Assembly: GCA_026026165.1 (NCBI GenBank)
Contig: JAPEUD010000059.1
Coordinates: forward strand, 124,001 to 155,488
Origin: Sarea resinae
Lineage: Eukaryota
Direction of reading: 5' to 3'
DNA length: 31,488 bases
In this document: positions 24,548-31,488 of the stretch, piece by piece
How the letters are laid out: every line of letters starts with the position of its first letter
Numbering within the stretch: the first letter of the stretch is position 1
The notes under the pieces: model-generated
Databases searched by the model: none
What the model was told of the DNA's origin: nothing
The model's input: the letters and a program-made list of their open reading frames with translations, nothing else
Program-made: the position numbers and the translations under genes

Positions 24548-25495
24548 TTAGGCTTTTTTCTTCACGATCAACACCACCCCAGGCGTCACTCCCTTCAACC
24601 TCTCTTCCCCCTTGGCGACGCCCGCTTCGTGCAACAGCCGTTCCATCTCTCGGCGAAGCATCCTGAGCACGTCGCGCTCGGTCCCGACGGCATCTGGGTG
24701 GGCCTCGCGCCAGCGGACTATAGGACTCGCAGTCCCCATTACCCTCTCATACGTGTCGAGGTCCAGCTCGGGCGGGCCAACGTAGAATTGATCGCCAACA
24801 TCCCAATCTTTCCGAATGAAGGAGGCCTCGTCAAAGTCCGGCACGGGCGTGGCCAGGGTCCACGGGAGCGGTAGGTCCACATACCTGCCTCGCACCACGA
24901 GGTTGCCTGGCGCGAAGTAGGGCGACAGATGCTGCTCCCTGTAGAGGTCGATGACGGTTTGAATGGCGGCAGCGTTGGGCGTGGACGGGTGGACGCGGAT
25001 CTCGCCGCTGGCCCACAACGCGACGCTGCCGCCGGGCTTTAACACGCGCGCGGCCCGAGGCCAGAAGCGCGACATGTCGAACCAGTGTGCGGCGTTGGCG
25101 GCGGTGATGAGATCGACGCTGGAATCCGGAATCGCCGGCGAAAGATGCTGCCCCAGCTCTTCCGCCGCGGAGACCTCGAATCGAATGGGCTCGGACGTGG
25201 ACGTGACGCCGCCGAGGAACCGAGCAGTTTGCACCATGCCCTTGGAAGGGTCGAGGCCAATGGCGTGAGCAAAGTGCGGACCGAGCGAGCGAGCCGCGTT
25301 GCCAGGGCCAGAGCCGACATCGAGCAGCGTGCCGAACTGGCCGCCCGTGGATGCGTGATTGGCGATGATGGCTTGATAGACGCTGGAATGGTAGTCGGGG
25401 CGGAGTTGAGCGTACGATTTGCCTTGCTCTTGGTTGTAGGAGCTGAATGTCTTTTCCGTCACGGACGGCGCGGAAGGACGAGCGGACTGAGCCAT
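24548..25495 (-). CDS. Class I SAM-dependent methyltransferase (Tmt1/trans-aconitate methyltransferase-like), 315 aa, intronless
   Basis: ATG at 25495 (MAQSARP). Motifs SYAQLRPDY, motif I LLDVGSGPG, GLDPSKGM, SVDLITAANAAHWFD, VLKPGGSVALW. Confidence 0.9.
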   Translation of the reverse strand: MAQSARPSAPSVTEKTFSSYNQEQGKSYAQLRPDYHSSVYQAIIANHASTGGQFGTLLDVGSGPGNAARSLGPHFAHAIGLDPSKGMVQTARFLGGVTSTSEPIRFEVSAAEELGQHLSPAIPDSSVDLITAANAAHWFDMSRFWPRAARVLKPGGSVALWASGEIRVHPSTPNAAAIQTVIDLYREQHLSPYFAPGNLVVRGRYVDLPLPWTLATPVPDFDEASFIRKDWDVGDQFYVGPPELDLDTYERVMGTASPIVRWREAHPDAVGTERDVLRMLRREMERLLHEAGVAKGEERLKGVTPGVVLIVKKKA

Positions 25496-26359
25496 GGCGA
25501 GCACACAAGGTGTTTCGAGCCTCCAAGGACGGTCGAACACAAAAACAATGTGTGGCACTTGCTCGTTCCGTCTCTTGAATATTGCAATATGGCGATATGG
25601 TAAGAGCGTAGTATTGTGCCGTGTGTGTATATATAGTCTGCGATGGCCCGATAGCATCTAGAGCTTTACCCTGTTGTCAGTAACGATCAGCGTTGACGAG
25701 TCGGGGTTGTTGTCAGCCGGCGTGCGAGCGGTGTGGGATATCGGGCAATTATGGGGCGCCCAATGCCCGGGCTGCCGAGATCTCGGCGAAGCCATCTTTG
25801 GGACAGATCTGCACAGACATCTCAGATAGCCCTAAATATGTCCTGCAGGCAACCTACAAGCAACCTGCAAGCAGCTACCAGCTCAAGCCGTGGACAAGGC
25901 GTCATCCAAGGGAGATCCATTGCTTCGGTTGCCGTCCTAACCGCATTGCAGCGGCCGAAGACACCGTCTTCTCGTCGATTTTCGCCGATCTTCGCCTCTT
26001 TAAGGCATCGAAGCGAGCCCCAAGCGAGAATCGACGGTGTTTTCGCGACGGTGTTTTCGCGCCTGTCAAAAAGCGCCCTCTGCCCACCGACCTGACCACC
26101 TCGATAGCTGCCTCGATCCTCGCCTGCGCGCCCGCCCTCTGTTCGTTCGATCGCTGGCCCACCAGCGTCGATTTCCCACCCTTAGGGTTGCCCTGTCCCT
26201 TGGGGTTACTTGGGGTTCGAGGTATATTGAGAGGTGATTGCAGCCAGCTAAGGCAGACCAACAGCGCACTTCGCCCCTAGCGCCTGTGCAGCGCTCTAAG
26301 GAAAGGAGAAGGCTTGCTTGCGTCTGATCTACTAGCCGCTGTTTAAAGATTTTAAAAAA

Positions 26360-26378
26360 CTTCTAGACAGTCTAGAAG
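26360..26378. repeat. 19-bp palindrome, upstream copy
   Basis: CTTCTAGAC-A-GTCTAGAAG, perfect 9-bp arms, A-runs on both sides. Confidence 0.9.
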
Positions 26379-26604
26379 AAAAAGCTCTCTATATATATGT
26401 ACACTGCGCCTGCCTAGCCTGCTAGCTATTTGGCTAGCCTGGCTGGCAAAATCCACTAGGAGAGTTTAAGCGTCACTTAGGGTTAAAGGAGAAGGATCAA
26501 GGTGGTTATTACAGTGAGCCAAGGCATGCTAACTGCGCACTTCGCCTGCAGCAGCGCTGCCGCCGCCCTTAATAACTAGCAGCAGCAGCTGCAGCAGGCA
26601 GCGT

Positions 26605-26672
26605 AAGAACAAGAGCAATAAGAGCAGCAAGAGGAGCAAGAGGAGTAAGAAAAGCAAGAGGAGCAGCAAGAG
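26605..26672 (+). repeat. Degenerate 9-bp purine-rich tandem repeat (AAGAGSAGC)
   Basis: aagagcaat aagagcagc aagaggagc aagaggagt aagaaaagc aagaggagc. Confidence 0.7.
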
Positions 26673-26711
26673 AGATTAGGATCTAGATCAAGATTAAGAT
26701 TAGGATCGCGA

Positions 26712-29700
26712 TTGTTATTATTCTACTATAAGCCAAACTATTAGGTCCTAATCTGCTGTCAACATAGCTACGCCCTTCGAAATATAGACTGCTACTTAAA
26801 GGACAGTTATACAATGCTAGCTAAAGAGCAACGTCTGCTTAGAGCGTAGTATTAAGGCTGTAGCCTACTTGATCTGCATGCTGTGCCTTTGCCACCGCTA
26901 AATTGCCCTGCATTTCCTGCTCTAGAGGCACCTACTAACAGCTTTACCTGTTAAGACTGTAGTTTTAGCACAGCGAATCGCTAGATCATGCAGAAGCACA
27001 GCAATAAGCAGCACGCCTAGTCTGCTAATTAAGAGGAGGAAGAAGAAGAAGAGGACTCGCTGAATTAGCAGCTAGTTCTAGTGCAGACCTTCTTCACTAG
27101 CAGGCTGCAGCGATATTTTCTAGTGCGGCTAGCAGAAAAGGAGCATGCAGAGAGAAGCTACAATAATGATTGGCTAGGCAAAGCAGCCTCTAACAACCTA
27201 GCTAGTCAGATCTAGCGCGAGTTCAATGCTTAGCAGGCCGCGCACAAGCAGAGTCAGGCCCTAACTAAGAGCGAGGTGCAGAAGACTGATTGCACTAGCT
27301 GGTTCAGTCGCACTAGCTGGCTGGCCCACCTGCGCCGCCAGAATATAGCTCACCTTCTCTACACTAGCGAGCTCTCTAACTAGCGACTTAGGCGGCCGCG
27401 GCGGCAGCGGCAGCGGCAGGATTTAGACTAGATCCTTAGCTAGGCTGCTAAGGTCACCTAACTGATAATCGAGCGCTGCGTGGCTAGGCTAGCTACCTTA
27501 CCGCTCGAGCTCTGCCGCTGGCTGCGCAGCGAGAAGCGCACTAAGGTGCACCTGAAGCCATTAGGTCGGCTGCAGACTATAGAGGCTTAGGTGCGCTATG
27601 CTAACTATTAGGCGCGTCTGATCTGCTATTGCCTGCGCGTCTTCGCCTACTGCACCTTTGCTGCCCACGCACCTGACACGCGGCTAAAGGATGCCGACAA
27701 ATTGCTGCATCTAACAGCAAAGCAGAACGAGCGCTTGCAGGCTGTCTAGGAGTCGCTTAAGCTTGATAGCGACAAGGCCTTGCAGGTCGACTAAGTGCTA
27801 GCCTTCTTGCAGGCGCTTATCTTTGACCTACTACTAGTAGACCCCTTTAACAGCGCGCTAGTCTACTTCCTCGCTGTGCTTAGCATCGACTCTCTCACTA
27901 AGCGGCTGCACACAGCGACAAGCTACTCCTACTAGCTAGCTAGGGTGGTCTACTGCATGCAGGTGATTAGGGTCAAGGTGCTGCTGCTAGCGGCTGCGCA
28001 AGAGCAGCAGGGCTAGGCTAAGCAGAAGCGCTTCCTAGGGCAGCGCAAGATATTCCTAGCTGACAGCTCGCTAACCCTGATAAGCACAATGATTAGCCTG
28101 CTCGCATACGCTAAGTATATCGGCTAGCAGCAGCTAAGCACAGCGACAACAAACTAGGCCTAGGATGCTTAGTCGCTGCGCTTCTGCAGCAAGCCGATTG
28201 TGATCGCCTACTTCTAGCAGATAGCGCACTAGGCGATTGAGGCTGCTAAGGCCATCCTCTAGCCTAAGCTGATATAGTGCCGCGAACTAGGCGACTGCTT
28301 CACTGTCGACCTAGCTGGCATTAAGGACGACATAGCGTTCACGCAGCAGAATTAGTCCTTCCTTAGCAATCTAGCGAACCAGCTAGATCAGAGGCTCTCC
28401 TTAATAGTAGCGCGCGTCGCCTGCACAGCTCGATACTTCTAGACAGTCTAGAAGAAAGAAAGGAGAGAAGACAAAAAACTGCTCTAACAGCGCGACAGCA
28501 CTAGCTAGGAACTAGGCCTAGTCAAGGACTACTGCCAGCGCGTGCAGGCCTTTCTTAAGCTGCTACTCTTCAGCTGCTATGTGACTAGAGGCTAGCCTAG
28601 CCGCGGCACTAAGGAGTTGTTAGTGCGCTATTGCAACAGCCTGCTGCAGGATTGCAATGTCTATATAGTAGATAGATTGGTTGTGCTAGTGACCTGCTAC
28701 TATAAGAGCTAGGCCTAGTACAATACCCTGAAGGTAGTGCTGCGCTTCCTGCTGTAGCAAGTCAGCCAGCTTATAGTTGTCTACCTAGCCTATGTGCGGC
28801 CGTTCTACAGCCACCTGCAGACCGCGGTCAGCTTAGAGGGCAGGCTTAACAATGAATTTATCTAGGACACAGCTAAAGGGCAGCTGTGGCTGACAGAGCG
28901 GCTGACCTAGGTCCTTAGCCGCGAGACGTCTACGCGGTTGAAATGTCGGCTGACTACGCAGGACTATTAACATGTAGCGATCACGATCGGCTAGAAATTC
29001 GTGGGCAAGGAATTCGCCGCTAGCAAGAGGTGAGCGCTGCATTGTAGGGACAAGGCTAAGGATGTAGAGGAGCCGCAGCTTAAGCAGGAGGACGAACTCA
29101 AGCTGCAGACCAGGCACACCACTGCTATTAGGCAAATTCGATATAGCGTTTCTAGGGATATCGTCTGGAATCTCAGCGCGCGCTCTCTTAACGCGTTTGG
29201 CTAAGTGAGTTAGGCGTGGCACGCATTCCTACAGCTTGATAGTGGCAGCAGCCTGGCTAGTGCAGCGCAGCAGAGCGAGTCCTAGCCTAAGCTTAAGGGA
29301 AAGCCAAAGCGCAAGCAGGAAGCAGAGGAGGAGCAGCTGCTAGAGGAGGAGCAAGAGAAGAGAGAAGAAACAAGAGTTCTAGTAATAGGCTGTGGCTGCC
29401 GCAAGCGGTTTCGGCTGCTAGAGGATGATAATAGTTCGAGGCAAGAGATTAACGTCGACTTAGAAGAGGTTGTTACTAGCATGCAGCAATTGCTAGGGTT
29501 AAGTCAAGTGGAGTTTAAGTCAGCAGAGCAGCGCGTGGCATTGCAAGCGATCTTGCGACATAAGACGCTAACTGTAGTAGTGCTGCCTACTAGAGGTAGG
29601 AAGAGCCTGCTGTTTATGCTGCTAGCTTAGCTCAAGCAACAGCAGCAGGAGAAAGGGCTGCAAGGGCTGCTAGTGACAGTAGTAGTAGTGCTGTTCTGCG

Positions 29701-31205
29701 CCCTAGTAAACGATCTAGTCAGCCGATTGCAGCGGGTCGGTATTAACAGTCTTAAGTAGAGGCACAGTAATAGCAGCTTTGCTGCAGTAGTAGTGGTTAG
29801 CGCTGATCTTGCTAGTGGGTCGGGTTTCTTAACGTACGCTACAGCGCTGCAGCGGCATAGTCTGCTGCAGCAGATCGTTGTAGACGAGTGTCACCTGACG
29901 TTCACAGCTAACTATTACTGGCCGCGGCTCAACGATCTTAAGCATCTGCAGACAATGATGTGCCTGATAATACTACTGACCGCGACATTGCTGCCTGCTC
30001 TAGAGCAGGAGCTAGCTGACAGCATGCTGATGCTAGTGGCGCGCTGCATTCGCGCTCGCACGATCTGGCCGCGCACCTGCTATCTAGTAGTGCAGTGCAA
30101 AGATAGCTAGCTGCTTAAGAGCGCGGCGCACCTCTGTCGACAGCAGCTGCAGCAGCGACTGCAGTGGCAAGGGAAAGGGGTGATCTACTGCTGAACCTAG
30201 GCGGCGTGCAAGGCCTTAGCTGAGACTCTACAGTGCGGCCACTATCACTCAACATTAGAGGAGAAGGAGCGCTAGCTTAGGCGGTGGATGTCTGAAGGGG
30301 GCTAGATCGTCGCCACTAGCGCGCTTAGCACTAGGGTCGACTACAGCAGGATCTTAATGACGCTGCACGTTAGGGTGCTGTATAGCATGATCGACTTCGC
30401 GCAGGAGTCAGGCTAGGCCAGGCGCGCTAGCAAGGACGTAGATGCTGTCGTGCTTGTAGAGGCTAGCCAGCTCACAGCGGCGGCTGTCGTGGAGCGTACT
30501 GTCAACTAGCAGGCGATGTAGGAATTTATCACCACTTAGGGCTGCCAGCGGCAGATTATAAGCGGCTACCTTGATAGAAAGAGGGTGCAGTGTGGCGAGG
30601 TCGACTAAGGCACAGCGGCGCAGTGCGATCGATGCGGCAAGGGCCTGACTAAGTGGCAGACCCGCGAGGCTAAAGCAGAGCGGCAGCAGGCTGTCGTTAA
30701 GCAGGCACTCGACTGGCTCGAAGGGCGGTGCGCTGTCTGCTAGGTGGCTAAGGGGCTTAAGGAAAGGGCTAGGCAGGCAGAGCAGTAGGAGCATAGCTAG
30801 CACTGATGCCTGCAGCGGGGTGCGCTCAGCAAGCAGGCTGTCGATAGCTTCTGACAGAAAATCTAGTTCTGAGAGGACTTAGAGGAGAAGACCCACAGCT
30901 GCTTTCGATGCAGCATCAGTCAGCGGTATTGCTGCACCAGAGTTGACACTCAGGCTAGCTGTTAGTGGCTGAATCGACTGGTGCCGATCGTGCGCACCGC
31001 TGCAGCCAACGCGGCAGCCAGCGCGAGAGGGTAAGAGCTGATCAGCAGGGCCAGATTTCTCGGCCAGCGAGGCGACCTCAAAGGATACAGCAAGTGGCTT
31101 AGGCAACAGCACATCCGGCCAGTGTAGGGAGAGTGGGTCAGCAACGCTATAGTGGTGATAATCGAAGTGATCCTGCACCTTCAGCGAGAGCTTAAGCGAG
31201 CCTAG
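26712..31205 (+). pseudogene. ~1,500-codon RecQ/TLH-type helicase pseudogene with DUF3505-like N-terminus and recombinase-like middle, riddled with RIP stops
   Basis: All motifs share one frame: Y*VLICCQHSYAL (26739), FTC*DC..MQKHSNKQH, VQTFF..RYFLV, KTDCTSWFSRTSW, helicase motif I VLPTRGRKS (29580, ancestrally PTGGGKS), motif II DECH (29883-29894), motif III LTAT, motif IV GVIYC, motif V IVATSAL, motif VI QESG*ARR (30402), RQC-like CQRQ..YLD..C..CDRC. Start codon not recoverable. Confidence 0.88.
28436..28454. repeat. 19-bp palindrome, internal copy within the pseudo-ORF
   Basis: Identical to the upstream copy over 23 bp (acttctagacagtctagaagaaa). Confidence 0.9.
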
Positions 31206-31237
31206 ACGTCGCTTGATGTCGCTGTTCGACAATCAAA

Positions 31238-31281
31238 CTTCTAGGCAGTCTAGAAGAAAAGATTGCTGGATTGTCTAGAAG
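31238..31281. repeat. 19-bp palindrome, downstream copy (31238-31256, one mismatch) plus degenerate tandem copy (31263-31281)
   Basis: cttctaggcagtctagaag-aaaa, then ttgctggattgtctagaag-gaaaaaaactctct. Confidence 0.85.
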
Positions 31282-31488
31282 GAAAAAAACTCTCTGTGCG
31301 CCGCGCGCTCGCTTTGCCTGTCAGCTATTTAGCCGGCCAGGCTGGCCTAAACTAAGTAGCCTTGCAGCAGTAGGGTTGCCACTAGTTAGACGCGATAAAA
31401 CATTGCCTCTAGTGCTCCTAGCCTTACCTCTAACCCTCTATGCTGCGCTGGCGCTGCTTGCCTGCACTGCAGGCCGCGTTGCATCTTA

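Larger units (their letters stand above)
26180..31488 (+). mobile_element. RIP-inactivated repetitive element of telomere-linked-helicase (TLH) type: DUF3505-like + putative tyrosine recombinase + RecQ helicase; ends not resolved, may continue beyond the window
   Basis: Dense C>T/G>A signature (implies it was repeated), one long pseudo-ORF, repeated palindrome, and flanking direct repeats. Confidence 0.75.

Noticed and set aside
25693..26280. 195-aa ORF upstream of the element
   Set aside because: Non-ATG start, no motifs, overlaps non-coding repeats.
26712..31205. Stop-codon reassignment or readthrough to explain in-frame TAG/TAA
   Set aside because: Stops replace Q, W and R alike and come with transition missense changes in catalytic motifs, which fits RIP. 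Host genes in the window use TAG and TAA as normal stops.
28833..31232. Minus-strand ORFs inside the element
   Set aside because: Antisense shadows of the plus-strand pseudo-ORF.
26180..31488. Classification as Helitron, Academ, LTR retrotransposon or host SGS1/RecQ gene
   Set aside because: The helicase is SF2 DECH-type rather than Pif1/Rep. I saw no DDE transposase, RT, TIRs or LTRs. RIP damage and the DUF3505-like N-terminus argue against a single-copy host gene.

Overview
Genomic DNA from a filamentous ascomycete: spliceosomal GT-AG introns with CTRAY branch sites, and RIP-like mutated repeats. The genus cannot be read from the sequence. Bases ~1-23,100 are an ordinary gene-dense block: UGP1, an F-box-like hypothetical, a DUF7514-like protein, U2AF small subunit, a small spliced membrane protein, a DUF3605/GIG1-family protein, an Osh6/7-type oxysterol-binding protein, and head-to-head YNG2 and HOS2. 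A degenerate island at ~8.7-11.9 kb interrupts it. An intronless SAM methyltransferase follows, then from ~26.2 kb a RIP-inactivated element that the ORF track largely misses. Read by hand, it is a single frameshift-free pseudo-ORF of ~1,500 codons (~26712-31205). It encodes a DUF3505-like Zn-finger N-terminus, a region with tyrosine-recombinase-like catalytic motifs (R, K, xxxR-H, GH-x8-Y), and a RecQ-type SF2 helicase with C-terminal Cys clusters. A 19-bp palindrome, CTTCTAGAC-A-GTCTAGAAG, sits upstream, inside and downstream of the ORF, with the outer copies in imperfect direct repeats. This recombinase-helicase element with its own candidate cis sites is the main candidate for an under-described system. 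All domain calls are by-eye motif recognition; no searches were run.
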